DNA from: Escherichia phage vB_EcoM_SP13
Sequence record: OP352608
Length of the DNA stretch: 64,000 nt
Reading direction: 5' to 3' (one strand)
The notes under the pieces are model-generated. The model ran no database searches. It had not been told where the DNA came from and was given only the letters and a program-made list of their open reading frames with translations. Positions within the stretch are counted from its first letter, which is position 1. The number at the start of each line of letters is the position of its first letter. The position numbers were made by a program, and so were the translations under genes. Positions 25,095-35,497 of the stretch are shown piece by piece.

Positions 25095-25592
25095 ATGGTC
25101 AATATTAGTGGATTTGGCACAAGCATTAGAATTGTCGCTCTTCAATCTTTTCCTGTTGGGCTGAATATCAGTTCTTTGTCTGATGACCAGGATTCGCTAA
25201 TCATTGAGGAAGTTGAATCAGTAGGTTATCAACTTACTTACGACGGCGGCATTTGCATATACGACAAAGCCGCCGTCGTTCGCGTATCCATTGCGGTCAT
25301 TCCAAACACTGAAGACGACATAAATCTTAAGCTTTTATTATCTGCCCGTAAAGGTGGATTCAAGTGGTTGCCAATTCAGGATGTGACATCGATGCTCATT
25401 ACATATCCTGACGGTGGAAGGGTGGCATTCTCTAACGGAACGATAATCAGCGGTCCGCTTGGTGACTCCATAGAGCAATCAGGCCGTCGCAAGACAAACC
25501 GATACACATTTGTGTTTGCCAGCTACGGTGGCGCACAGAGCACGTCTCAAATTGCCAAGGGCGTGGTGCAGAGCATATTGGGGTCCATTTAA
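25095..25592 (+). CDS. tail tube-like protein, paralog 2
   Basis: N-terminus MVNISGFGTSIRIVALQSFPVGL and central ITYPDGG segment parallel the 23677..24144 product. Confidence 0.45.
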   Translation: MVNISGFGTSIRIVALQSFPVGLNISSLSDDQDSLIIEEVESVGYQLTYDGGICIYDKAAVVRVSIAVIPNTEDDINLKLLLSARKGGFKWLPIQDVTSMLITYPDGGRVAFSNGTIISGPLGDSIEQSGRRKTNRYTFVFASYGGAQSTSQIAKGVVQSILGSI

Positions 25593-26125
25593 TGGCTATC
25601 GATTTACTGTCATATAGTCTATCAAACAGAAGCTTCACGATAAAGAGCTTCAACCTTGGAGAAGTATCCACGCTTGGATGGGCCATAGTCAACGTCAAAA
25701 TAAGACTCCAAGCAAAGATATTCAAAAACCAAAGGGAAGACGGCAGCTATATTGTCGATGGCAGAGTAAAGATGCCGCGAATACTCACTGTCACCGTGAT
25801 AGCTCAGACGAAAAGCGCATCAGATGCAATAGCTAAGATGTTGCAAAACAGGTCGACTATATACACAATTAATTCCCGTGGTCTAATATTCGAACGTATG
25901 GTGCTGCAAAATAACAACTTCAGCCAGGACGCTGACAATATAACGTCTCAGCCCATACAATTGGTCTTCCATGAGATATTAACACAGCAGGATGTGTCTA
26001 TTCAAACAGCGCAGGCAGGCGACTCAACAGTAATAGAGCGCGGCATTGCATACATAAAAGAAACTTCTGCCAGCGTCACCGGCGTCGCTACAAAGGTGAT
26101 GAATGGTATCAAGGGGATGTTCTGA
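25592..26125 (+). CDS. hypothetical tail protein
   Basis: ORF in the tail module. Confidence 0.5.
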   Translation: MAIDLLSYSLSNRSFTIKSFNLGEVSTLGWAIVNVKIRLQAKIFKNQREDGSYIVDGRVKMPRILTVTVIAQTKSASDAIAKMLQNRSTIYTINSRGLIFERMVLQNNNFSQDADNITSQPIQLVFHEILTQQDVSIQTAQAGDSTVIERGIAYIKETSASVTGVATKVMNGIKGMF

Positions 26126-26685
26126 TGGACTTCGTTTCGATTCTGCTTTCTGGTCAATCTTTGACCATAACGAATGAGTCAACAGGTCTTCCTGTCTGGA
26201 CAAGGCTTTCACCTGTTTCTGCAGAAATAACATCCCCAGCAGAAACAACTCAATTCCCTCTTGCTGGCACAGCCATGCAGGTTGTCGAAGTATCAAGCAC
26301 GTCATCAGTAAGCAATTTACAGGCAGCAAAGGTTGTAATGCCAGCCCATATGGCGTTAAACGTAATTTGCAATGACCAGTCTACAATTGAAAATATCATA
26401 AATTCATTTGATGATGACGAAGTCACATTTTCAATAACTTCTCGAAGCATCATTGCCAGTAAAATGTCGATGTCCGACGTTGAAATAACCCAGTCAGAAG
26501 AAAACTTGAATGGAGTCTCAATAGTAATAACTTTCGAGCAAACGTCATTTAGCATTCAAGGAAGCTTCGACCCTAAACAATCTGCAGACGAATCATCAAA
26601 TGGTGTTGCTATTAAAGAACCAGTCAGTTTGACTACAACTGTGAGTTCGTTATATAATAAAATAAAATCAACAGTAGGAATATAA
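26125..26685 (+). CDS. hypothetical tail protein (Ser/Thr-rich)
   Basis: ORF in the tail module. Confidence 0.5.
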   Translation: MDFVSILLSGQSLTITNESTGLPVWTRLSPVSAEITSPAETTQFPLAGTAMQVVEVSSTSSVSNLQAAKVVMPAHMALNVICNDQSTIENIINSFDDDEVTFSITSRSIIASKMSMSDVEITQSEENLNGVSIVITFEQTSFSIQGSFDPKQSADESSNGVAIKEPVSLTTTVSSLYNKIKSTVGI

Positions 26686-26686
26686 A

Positions 26687-27103
26687 ATGAAGATCACCAA
26701 CAAACAAACTGGTCGTACAGTAGAAATTAAAATCAGCAAAATGACTGCGATGGAAGGCTGGAATATTCAGCGTCGCTTTGTCGAATTTGCAATGTCGAAA
26801 GACCCTGCGTTTCGTTCAGAGTATACGATGGAAGTGTTGAGCTTCGCAAAAGTCGAGCTTGATGTGGGTCAAGAAATCCCATTAAGCACTGGTGCACTAA
26901 TTGACAACCATCTTGGTGACTGGGAAAACCTTAAAGAAGTCTTCGAAGCAGTCCTCATGGAGAACGGTATAAACCCAGATACTCACGCCGAGCGTGAAGG
27001 CTACTGGGAACAAGCTGGCGGCGAAATGGCTGCAGCATTCATCGGCGAATCGATGCGATTAATCGCGCCATTCCTCAGCGGCGAGACTCCAAACAAGGGG
27101 TAA
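26687..27103 (+). CDS. tail assembly chaperone candidate
   Basis: Position immediately upstream of the tape measure gene; same reading frame as the tape measure, so no frameshift product is evident. Confidence 0.4.
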   Translation: MKITNKQTGRTVEIKISKMTAMEGWNIQRRFVEFAMSKDPAFRSEYTMEVLSFAKVELDVGQEIPLSTGALIDNHLGDWENLKEVFEAVLMENGINPDTHAEREGYWEQAGGEMAAAFIGESMRLIAPFLSGETPNKG

Positions 27104-27106
27104 ACT

Positions 27107-29287
27107 GTGTCTGACTCATTAGAAAAATTTGTGCTTCAATATACGGTGGACTTGAAAGAGTCCATCAATCGTCTTGAGCAATTGCAAGATAAAGTTGATC
27201 AGACAAACAAAAAGGCGAAATCCGCTGGAAAAGATTTCTCTGGAGCATTCAAAGATGTTTTTGGCGAGCTAAAGCCGCTCACTGGTGAGCTAGGGTCAAT
27301 CGACGGAATACTTGCGCGGCTGACATATCGTTTTGCCGCGCTTGTTCCTGTGGTAGCAGGATTGGCTGTCGTTGTCAAATCCATCGTTGATGTTCGAAAA
27401 GAATACGAAGCGCAAAGAAAGCTTGGTTTTGAAGCCGGACTCTCTCCAATGGGTGTCGAACAACTACAACGACAGTTGAATGAAAGTTCAGGTGGCATCC
27501 TTGGCGCACAGGGGTCGCGCGATTTAATCAGCAAAGCTTCTAATTTGGCATTCAATGCATACACCAACCCTGATGTGATGAACAAGGACAACTTGTTGCT
27601 GAACAAGATGGGGACAAGTCCTTTCAATAGTAACGGCGGCATCAAAGACACGAATCAGCTGCTTGATGAAATTGGAACAAAGCTGAGAAGTGTTAATGAG
27701 CAAACCGCTCGTGCCATTGGTGCTCTGGCAGGATTCACGGCTGATGAAGTCCGCGCCCTTCGTGAGCGCAACCAGTCTGTGAAAGAAAGCACGCGCATAA
27801 GTGACGAAGAAACCGCGAAGCTGCAAAGACAGCAAGCTGCTCTTGAGACTATACGAAATAGTATGGGGCAAATTCAAGAAGATTGGCGGCGTATTGAACT
27901 GGTCATCGGTGAAAACGTTATGCCTGCATTCTCGACGCTTGTCAGCAAAACCGCCGATACAGTCGAAGGATTCCAGATGATGTTCCAAAGAATGTCCGAT
28001 GGGTGGTCTGAATTCGTCGACAATTTCATCGCTGACTTGAAACATCCGTTCGACAAGCAGGCCGCTGTCAACGAGCGTCACGAGCGTGCCGTTGATAGAT
28101 GGATCACGCAGATGGCAGACGGCGATGTGAAACGCCAGAGGAACCAGGAGCAAAACGCTGCTGAACAACGCTCTGCACAGGCTCTTTTTACTCGCGATAT
28201 CAACCTGTTTTCAAGTGCCGTTTCAACCTTTGCTGGCGTGATTGATGAGCGTCAAGCTTGGGCGGCATGGGCAGGTGAAATCGGGCGCAGCGCAGGGCAA
28301 TCCGCGATGCCTGGAACACCAGCATTGAATACTGGCGCGACCGTAGGGAATAATCTTGGGTCAGGGAATCCGACAGCATACGACTCAATATATGAGGAAG
28401 CTTCAAAACGCTATGGTATACCTGTTGCGATGATGAAGGCCGTAACAGAAGTCGAATCTGGATTCAACCCCAATGCCGTAAGCGGAGCAGGTGCGACCGG
28501 ACTGATGCAAATCATGCCTTCCAACTTCAAGGGTCTTGGTATCACAGACGGCAACGACCCTAGACAAAACATTATGGGCGGCGCTCAACTGTTGAAAGAG
28601 TATTTAAACGCTGCCAACGGCGATTGGAATCTTGCGCTGACGATGTATCACGGTGGCTACGACCGCAGCGGCTGGGGCAAGAATACACGCGCTTATCCTG
28701 GAAAGGTCATGGCAGCTCTCGACCGACAATCCAATGGTGAGTATGCCACGGCAGCGCCGCAAGGTGCACCAGTTACTCCAGTACTTAGCGGTAGCGGAGC
28801 GGAAGCACCAAAGGGCCGTTATGCACCAGTACAAGGTCAATCGCGCCAAACGGTGCAATACAGGCAATTGCAAGAAGCCATTGCAGGATACCTGAACGTA
28901 CCAGTTGAGCAGTTGATGCAGGGACAAGTCAACAAAGGTGATATTGACTTTGCTCAAACTTACCTTAAGCTTGGAACGCAAAGGGATTATATTAAAAACA
29001 TGCAACTGGCTTCAACTCCAGGTGTAAGACCGAACATTCAAGCCGAAGCGATGAAAAACGCTCGTCTTGCTGCATTCCAACTTGAAGCATTCCAGAAATA
29101 CGGCGGCGACCTTTCCGCGAATAGTCGACCTGGTGGGCGTGATATTACTATGGGTCAGAAAAACGTTGTCATCAACGTCAACGGCGCTCAAGACCCACGC
29201 AGCACGGCATTCGAAACGAAACGAGTGCTTGAACAAGATGATATCAACGACATAAACAACCTTACTGCTACACCTTTGAAGTGGTGA
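27107..29287 (+). CDS. tail tape measure protein with lytic transglycosylase (SLT) domain
   Basis: 726 aa; coiled-coil-like N-terminal half; AMMKAVTEVESGFNPNAVSGAGATGLMQIMPSNF matches the SLT-domain E-S ... GLMQ pattern. Confidence 0.8.
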   Translation: MSDSLEKFVLQYTVDLKESINRLEQLQDKVDQTNKKAKSAGKDFSGAFKDVFGELKPLTGELGSIDGILARLTYRFAALVPVVAGLAVVVKSIVDVRKEYEAQRKLGFEAGLSPMGVEQLQRQLNESSGGILGAQGSRDLISKASNLAFNAYTNPDVMNKDNLLLNKMGTSPFNSNGGIKDTNQLLDEIGTKLRSVNEQTARAIGALAGFTADEVRALRERNQSVKESTRISDEETAKLQRQQAALETIRNSMGQIQEDWRRIELVIGENVMPAFSTLVSKTADTVEGFQMMFQRMSDGWSEFVDNFIADLKHPFDKQAAVNERHERAVDRWITQMADGDVKRQRNQEQNAAEQRSAQALFTRDINLFSSAVSTFAGVIDERQAWAAWAGEIGRSAGQSAMPGTPALNTGATVGNNLGSGNPTAYDSIYEEASKRYGIPVAMMKAVTEVESGFNPNAVSGAGATGLMQIMPSNFKGLGITDGNDPRQNIMGGAQLLKEYLNAANGDWNLALTMYHGGYDRSGWGKNTRAYPGKVMAALDRQSNGEYATAAPQGAPVTPVLSGSGAEAPKGRYAPVQGQSRQTVQYRQLQEAIAGYLNVPVEQLMQGQVNKGDIDFAQTYLKLGTQRDYIKNMQLASTPGVRPNIQAEAMKNARLAAFQLEAFQKYGGDLSANSRPGGRDITMGQKNVVINVNGAQDPRSTAFETKRVLEQDDINDINNLTATPLKW

Positions 29288-29291
29288 TAAT

Positions 29292-30164
29292 TTGAAAAAG
29301 AGAATCCTTAAAGTCACCTTATCTATGCCGGATGGCACAAGCCAAGTGCTTGATGAAGGATTGATGCTTAGATGCCGAATCAAAAAGGCAGCACTTTCCG
29401 TGCAAAATAAGGCCACAATCGAAGTCGCAGGATTGACAGGGTACTTGAGAGAGTACCTGCTTTCCAACTTCACCGCATTCAACAAACGTCTGCGTGATCA
29501 AGGTCAATTGGCGGCGAATTATGTCAACGTAACAATTGAAGCTGGATATAGAGAAGGCAACGTTGTTAGTAGCAACTTAGTCTACAAGGGGCAAGTCACA
29601 ACGGTCGAGATAACAGCGCCGCCGCCGAACATCGTCATACGCATCACTTGCTACACCAACCAGATAAACAGGACTAAGTTTATCACTCAAGCTGCACCGT
29701 CAAACCCAACATTCAAAGAGTTTGTGGAGTGGTCGGCAAAGCAAATGGATATTGATACTGTTATATGCGATACTTCGATTAACAATCAGCGCCTTGTTAA
29801 CCCAGGCCGCACAACATATGTTGCAGCCGCCTTGTTGCTTGAGATTCAGAACTATCAAAGGAACTCTATTGCGGCATATATCGATGATGATACGCTCATC
29901 GTCAAGGATAAAGACAAAATTCTGAATCCAGAACAGATAACGGTGATTGAGGAATTTGTCGGAATACCGATGTGGAACGAGTGGGGCGCTGACTTCACTT
30001 GCATGTATAACGCGGATTTGAAGCTTGCCCAAGGTGTGAAATTCAAATCAGTCTTAAACCCAAGCTTGAACGACACCACATTCGTCATCATGCAACTTGA
30101 ATATGATTTAGCAAGTCGTGATGACATATTTACGGTGACGGGCGGCGTTGCACCATCGGCCTAA
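29292..30164 (+). CDS. baseplate/distal tail protein candidate
   Basis: Synteny after the tape measure; TTG start as in the ORF track, alternative ATG at 29324. Confidence 0.45.
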   Translation: MKKRILKVTLSMPDGTSQVLDEGLMLRCRIKKAALSVQNKATIEVAGLTGYLREYLLSNFTAFNKRLRDQGQLAANYVNVTIEAGYREGNVVSSNLVYKGQVTTVEITAPPPNIVIRITCYTNQINRTKFITQAAPSNPTFKEFVEWSAKQMDIDTVICDTSINNQRLVNPGRTTYVAAALLLEIQNYQRNSIAAYIDDDTLIVKDKDKILNPEQITVIEEFVGIPMWNEWGADFTCMYNADLKLAQGVKFKSVLNPSLNDTTFVIMQLEYDLASRDDIFTVTGGVAPSA

Positions 30165-30166
30165 AT

Positions 30167-30688
30167 ATGAGAAAGAATAAAGTAATTGATTTGTTTGGAG
30201 TTACTTATGAAATACATCAATTCAGCGCAATAGATGCGTTTGAAATGGTTGATGCGATAAGCATATTAACTCCACTTGAATTATTAAGTGAATGTCATGT
30301 TATTAAATATGACGGAACTAAAGTCAGATTAAATTCTGAGAAGGCCATCAGTGAAGAAGTGAAAAGTGTGCCAAATCACTTGCCGCCCAACCTTGTATTG
30401 AAAGTTCTAATGGAAGCGGTAAAGAAGCACAATTTTGGATTCCTCAGTGATTGGAAAGGCACTAAGATTCCAAATAGATTCTTGGCTGACGTTCCGACCG
30501 TGGAGCCTAATTATCTTGAGCCGATGGTTGCAAGCCTAATAAACAATGGTCTTGCTTCGTTAAAAGAATTGGAAGAATATTATTCATTGCGTGATGCATT
30601 CGCTATGTTTGATGGACTAATAGCAAAATCACTTAATGAAGCCTACTCAAACGAAGCTGCCATTAAAGAATCAAAGTCAAATCGCTAA
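30167..30688 (+). CDS. hypothetical tail protein
   Basis: ORF; lower GC than its neighbours. Confidence 0.45.
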   Translation: MRKNKVIDLFGVTYEIHQFSAIDAFEMVDAISILTPLELLSECHVIKYDGTKVRLNSEKAISEEVKSVPNHLPPNLVLKVLMEAVKKHNFGFLSDWKGTKIPNRFLADVPTVEPNYLEPMVASLINNGLASLKELEEYYSLRDAFAMFDGLIAKSLNEAYSNEAAIKESKSNR

Positions 30689-30745
30689 AATATTGCTTAT
30701 AGACTCCTTATAGATTATAATTTGTTGATCAGATATAAGGAGTCT

Positions 30746-31474
30746 ATGATGGCAGAAAAGTTAACCCAACTTACAAGCCCCAACCAAACTGACAAATCAA
30801 GTATGTTTGCCGCGCTGCAGGGAATGCTGGACCGTGGCAAGTATACCACTGACGGCATGATTCCTGCACAAGTAATATCTTATGACCGCAAACAGAATTT
30901 AGCAGTCATAAAGCCTGTTATTCATTTCGTAAGTCTTGATGATAAACCAGTGGAGCGTCAACCCCTGGTGTCAATTCCTGTGTTGGCAATCGGCGGCGGC
31001 GGCTTTGTAATCAACTTTCCTCTGAAAGAGGGTGATTTGGGCTGGATATTCGCTGGCGACCGCGAGTTGTCGACATTCCTTGAAGAATTGAAGCCGACCG
31101 CGCCTACCAATGGTCGCGCGAAAACTTTCGCTGATGGACTGTTCATACCGGATGTATTTCGAAAATACACCATAAGCGGAGAGGATGCAGGCTCAATGGT
31201 AATCCAGTCACTCAGCGGCGCTGTCCGCATTGCATTAAGTGATGACTCGATAAACATAACTGCATCCGCTGGAGTAAATGTGAAAACACCAATAACCACT
31301 ATCGACCAACAATTGATAGTTAATGGAAAGGCAACGTTCAATGGTGGTATAGAAGGGAAAGAAGGAACGACGGCAACGCTTCCGACTGGCACAACAATCG
31401 GCGGCATAAATGTATCCACTCACGGTCACATAGGTAACGGACCTGGAAACAGAACTGGGGATATGATAGAATGA
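30746..31474 (+). CDS. baseplate central spike/hub protein candidate (gpV / gp138-N-like)
   Basis: ORF trimmed to MMAEK after AAGGAG RBS; synteny before the baseplate J-like gene. Confidence 0.45.
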   Translation: MMAEKLTQLTSPNQTDKSSMFAALQGMLDRGKYTTDGMIPAQVISYDRKQNLAVIKPVIHFVSLDDKPVERQPLVSIPVLAIGGGGFVINFPLKEGDLGWIFAGDRELSTFLEELKPTAPTNGRAKTFADGLFIPDVFRKYTISGEDAGSMVIQSLSGAVRIALSDDSINITASAGVNVKTPITTIDQQLIVNGKATFNGGIEGKEGTTATLPTGTTIGGINVSTHGHIGNGPGNRTGDMIE

Positions 31475-32742
31475 GTGCACAATATTCTTACATAGTAAGC
31501 ACTGGTGTAATAACCATCGACACAGCCGATTTGCTGGCTGACGTTCAAAGTGAATGGATTGAGTCATTAGGGGTCGGGCTTGACGTTGATGCATCGACAC
31601 CGCAAGGCACCCTAATCGCGACAGAGACTTTGGCAAGAACTTCAGTCATGAAGAACAACGCCGAGCTGGGAAGTCTCATCAACCCTAATTATTCATATGG
31701 CGTATACCTTGATGCCATCGCGGCATTGCTTGGTATTGAGCGAACGAAAAACATCAGCACGATGTTGAAAGGAATTACCGCAGAAGGAACGCCGCTGTTG
31801 GAAATTCCTGCTGGAAGTTTGCTGACGGATTCAAACGGCACATACTGGTATGTTCTTGAAGACGTTCAAATCACTTCGACTGGCAAGACAAGCAACATGA
31901 CTCTTGCATCAAAAGATTATGGCTCATTTACTGTTGCCCCTGATGAAGAGTTTACAGTGGTGCAAGGATATGACGTCATCGGATGGTCAAGAACGTATTC
32001 AACATCAGCAACGACGACCGTACCAGGTACGCAATACATGGGCGACGGAGCGTTAAAGGCCGCTCGCGTAAAGCGCCTTTACCAGCAGGGAATTGCATCG
32101 CTTGGTGCTATTCGCGCTCGCGCCATGTCGGTCGACGGCGTGGAATCGGTGATGGTCGTGGAGAACGACACGGGATTGCCTGGAACGGTGCGCGGCATCA
32201 CCTTTTCAACGCCTAACGGTGTCTGGGTGTGCGCAAGCGGAACGTTCGATAAGCAAGTTTTTGCTGAGACTATTTTCAAGGCAAAGATGGGCGGCCAGCC
32301 GTGGGACTTTGGTGCTACCAACCAGGGTGATCCAGTCAACTCGCCTGATGGAATAGAAGTTGTCGACGAAGAATCGCAACTGTCTTATTTCGTAAAGTTC
32401 AACACTGCTGTCATATATGACTTGTATGTCGATATTACTGTTGTAAGAGGCACCGCAACCGCCGATGCCGAATCTATTATTGCCGCTGTGTTGAATTACG
32501 GTAATGGAAATTTTAACGGCGAGCAAGGATATGCAGTGGGCCAATCTCAATCTTCTTTTGAGATTGCTTCAGCAGTGTCTTGCGAGTATCCAGGTCTGTA
32601 CATTAAAGATTGCAAAATTGCAGCAGTAAAAAGCGGACAGGCAGCGCCAAATTATCCATCCGATTACGGCAGCGAGTGGATTGCCAATCCTTGGGATAAG
32701 GCTAATACTATGCGCGGCTTCATCAACGTTAAATTTGTGTGA
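31471..32742 (+). CDS. baseplate J-like wedge protein
   Basis: 423 aa; synteny; N-terminal region pattern resembles baseplate J family proteins (unverified). Confidence 0.5.
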   Translation: MSAQYSYIVSTGVITIDTADLLADVQSEWIESLGVGLDVDASTPQGTLIATETLARTSVMKNNAELGSLINPNYSYGVYLDAIAALLGIERTKNISTMLKGITAEGTPLLEIPAGSLLTDSNGTYWYVLEDVQITSTGKTSNMTLASKDYGSFTVAPDEEFTVVQGYDVIGWSRTYSTSATTTVPGTQYMGDGALKAARVKRLYQQGIASLGAIRARAMSVDGVESVMVVENDTGLPGTVRGITFSTPNGVWVCASGTFDKQVFAETIFKAKMGGQPWDFGATNQGDPVNSPDGIEVVDEESQLSYFVKFNTAVIYDLYVDITVVRGTATADAESIIAAVLNYGNGNFNGEQGYAVGQSQSSFEIASAVSCEYPGLYIKDCKIAAVKSGQAAPNYPSDYGSEWIANPWDKANTMRGFINVKFV

Positions 32743-32748
32743 GGAACT

Positions 32749-35487
32749 ATGCAAAAGTTTGACACAAACCTGTTGCAAAACCTTAAGTGGATGCAGAACA
32801 ATGCGCCAAACATTACATCTTTGGTGCAAAAGAAAAGTGACTGGTATGAAAGATACCAAGATCAGTTTTGGACTGACTGGTACAATAACATTTTTAACAT
32901 TGACACTTGTGATGCAATGGGCATTTATATTTGGTGCGACATTCTTTGCATACCAAGAGACTTTGTGGACTTAAGCAATTATGAGCACAACTGGGCGTTT
33001 GGACCGACGCGCGACAACTTTGAAGGTGCGGACAACATCGGCGGCAACTTCTTTGGTGCTGGCGGGAAGGTTGTAAAGAATATCGAAGAAGCGCGCATAC
33101 TTCTTAAGCTTCGTTATCTGACGCTTACAAGTGATGGCCGCATCGAAAGTATCAATCGCATGCTTAAGTGGATTTTCAACCGTGGAGAGGCTTGGGATTA
33201 CTCTTCATCACGCTACGCATATGTGACCGACAATACTCAAGGCGCAGTGTCTTCGTCTGAATCAACCAATGGCTCATTCCTTCTGTACGACTGGCAAGGG
33301 TCAACTGAGATTCAGCACGATTATAAGCAGATACTTTTAAGCCATGGCAACAACGCCGGACTGACCATCAGCGGAGTATCAGGCACCGTGTCACGGATGG
33401 CGCATCCAGATTGGTACTCATGGGGGAATGGCTCCGGCACAGGTCTTGTCGGCGGCGACACCAGACAGTATGGCGGCCCTGATTACTATGGACAGTTGTG
33501 TGGTGATTACCCAGGCGAGGCCATAGAGAATTTTGCCAACGCAGTAAGGGTAGTCAAGACTGCTTCAAGCGGTGAGCCTGTGTATTCTTTGGCAGATAAT
33601 CCAAGCGCCCAATCCATTGCGCTTCCTTCGCAGGCTGGCGTTAACGTTTGTTATAGCTTCTACATAAAGGTGCTTTCTGAAAATGTCGCTTCTGTTTCGG
33701 TTACAGAGAATAGTGATGCATCTAGTAATGGAAAGTTGTTTGACCCAGTCACTGGGCAGTTCAACTTGGACCCGTATTTGAGCTATTTCATCACAGGCAA
33801 ATTCGATGGAGTAAGAAGGGAATCAAGCCGTGGTGGCATCAAAGCAATCGGCGGCGATTGGTATCGAATCTGGATTGTAGAGCAGACGGCAACCGCTGCG
33901 TCTGGAGTAAGTACCAGCTTTTCAATAGAGTTGAAGGCGACTGCCGCTGGATCAACTCAAACTCGTGAATTGCCTGAAGGGTCTGATGCACTTCTTTTTG
34001 GATACTCGATTTGCGTCTGCGACCCTGTTCAGAATCCAAATGGACCTGAGCCTTATTTTTATGGAACGCAAAACCCTCCTTCTGACGGAACAGCAATACT
34101 GTCTGTAACGGCGGGAACGCTCAACAACATCTCCTGTGCAAACGGACCGCTGACGACAAGAAACGGTGTGGTTGGCGAGTCATTCATGCAACCTGGCTCA
34201 TCACTTGCATACTCTGGCTCAATCGGCGGCTACCCGTACCCAGGGAACGCCACATTGATTGCAGAGACTGACGGCATCAGACGCTCATGGAACGTTAGCA
34301 GGCTTGATGGAGTACCGCCGCCGCCGACCGCTGACTATTACATGGAATACGTCATCGGACCTTATTTCGCCAACAACCTGTCAGACAACTTTAAGACGCT
34401 AGTTGGCGACAGGGATGAAGGATTCTTGCCAGCAAATGCCGGAATACGCTGGCAGCTTTACCAAGAAGTCGCAGACTTATCTGATATTGATTTGACTGTC
34501 AGCAACATAACAGACACGCGAGTAGGATTTGAAACGGAAGGTGTTGCTTGGATTAACACTGACGGTATCATCAGAGTTGGCGGCATTAACGAGTGGCCGC
34601 TGAACAACTTCAACGGTGTGATACGCCAGCTTGAATCTTTGAAAGGTGTAAACCAGGTCATCGACGGCGCGCTTGTCAACGACTATTCAATCTCAAAAGC
34701 ATCAAGAGATGACTTTGGTCGTGAAATCCCACGTGCCGCAATCACTAACTACTGGAGATACACACAGCCCAATGACGGCACATCTTTTGGCAATATCATT
34801 GAGGATGGCGCAAACACGGTCACAGCGACGCCAATCAGCGGTGTACCCAACCAGTTCCCATCATTCAAGCTTTCCGCTACAATAGGGACTGTGCCAGCGT
34901 CCGGTTATGCACGCGCTGTACTTGCTACTAAATACACTGGCACCCTGACTGGTCCTTTATCATTCATTGCGGTAGTCAAAAACAACACGGTTAACGGTCA
35001 AAAACTTTTTGTAACTGTACCGGATGGGATGGGTGGCTATATCCCTAAATTCTACAACATAGGCGCAGGTGATTTGCAACGTATCGAAATTGACCTTGCC
35101 GCTGAGATTGTTGAAGGCGCTACCTGGGATGGATCAACAGGCGGCATCAGCATCGGTTTGATATCAGGGAAAGACTTGCCGACCGAAGTTGGTACGACTC
35201 TTGAACTTGATATTTTAAGCTTGATGCTTGTGTCTGGTAATACGATGAATGCGCTTGCAATTTCAACAAGCGAAGATTTCGCAAAGAAGACTGCGACTTC
35301 TATATACATCAAAAACCCAGGATCACTTGCCACTGGAGTTCAATTGATTGCTTCTAATGGTGATGTTGTAGCAACAGTAAACTTTCCGAGAAGTGCTGCT
35401 GGTGGTTATGTTTCAAGCATGAACATAACTGACTTAACTGGTGATTGGGCATCAACCCTTTTATCAAAAATTAAATACATCGTGTAG
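32749..35487 (+). CDS. tail fibre / baseplate wedge protein
   Basis: 912 aa; Gly/Ser/Thr/Asn-rich; GAGGAA RBS; synteny. Confidence 0.55.
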   Translation: MQKFDTNLLQNLKWMQNNAPNITSLVQKKSDWYERYQDQFWTDWYNNIFNIDTCDAMGIYIWCDILCIPRDFVDLSNYEHNWAFGPTRDNFEGADNIGGNFFGAGGKVVKNIEEARILLKLRYLTLTSDGRIESINRMLKWIFNRGEAWDYSSSRYAYVTDNTQGAVSSSESTNGSFLLYDWQGSTEIQHDYKQILLSHGNNAGLTISGVSGTVSRMAHPDWYSWGNGSGTGLVGGDTRQYGGPDYYGQLCGDYPGEAIENFANAVRVVKTASSGEPVYSLADNPSAQSIALPSQAGVNVCYSFYIKVLSENVASVSVTENSDASSNGKLFDPVTGQFNLDPYLSYFITGKFDGVRRESSRGGIKAIGGDWYRIWIVEQTATAASGVSTSFSIELKATAAGSTQTRELPEGSDALLFGYSICVCDPVQNPNGPEPYFYGTQNPPSDGTAILSVTAGTLNNISCANGPLTTRNGVVGESFMQPGSSLAYSGSIGGYPYPGNATLIAETDGIRRSWNVSRLDGVPPPPTADYYMEYVIGPYFANNLSDNFKTLVGDRDEGFLPANAGIRWQLYQEVADLSDIDLTVSNITDTRVGFETEGVAWINTDGIIRVGGINEWPLNNFNGVIRQLESLKGVNQVIDGALVNDYSISKASRDDFGREIPRAAITNYWRYTQPNDGTSFGNIIEDGANTVTATPISGVPNQFPSFKLSATIGTVPASGYARAVLATKYTGTLTGPLSFIAVVKNNTVNGQKLFVTVPDGMGGYIPKFYNIGAGDLQRIEIDLAAEIVEGATWDGSTGGISIGLISGKDLPTEVGTTLELDILSLMLVSGNTMNALAISTSEDFAKKTATSIYIKNPGSLATGVQLIASNGDVVATVNFPRSAAGGYVSSMNITDLTGDWASTLLSKIKYIV

Positions 35488-35497
35488 AGGAACGGCA

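Noticed and set aside
26687-27110. Programmed -1 frameshift fusing the chaperone candidate to a downstream frame
   Set aside because: The chaperone candidate and the tape measure gene are in the same frame, separated by a stop codon, and no overlapping alternative-frame ORF or slippery heptamer was seen at the 3' end
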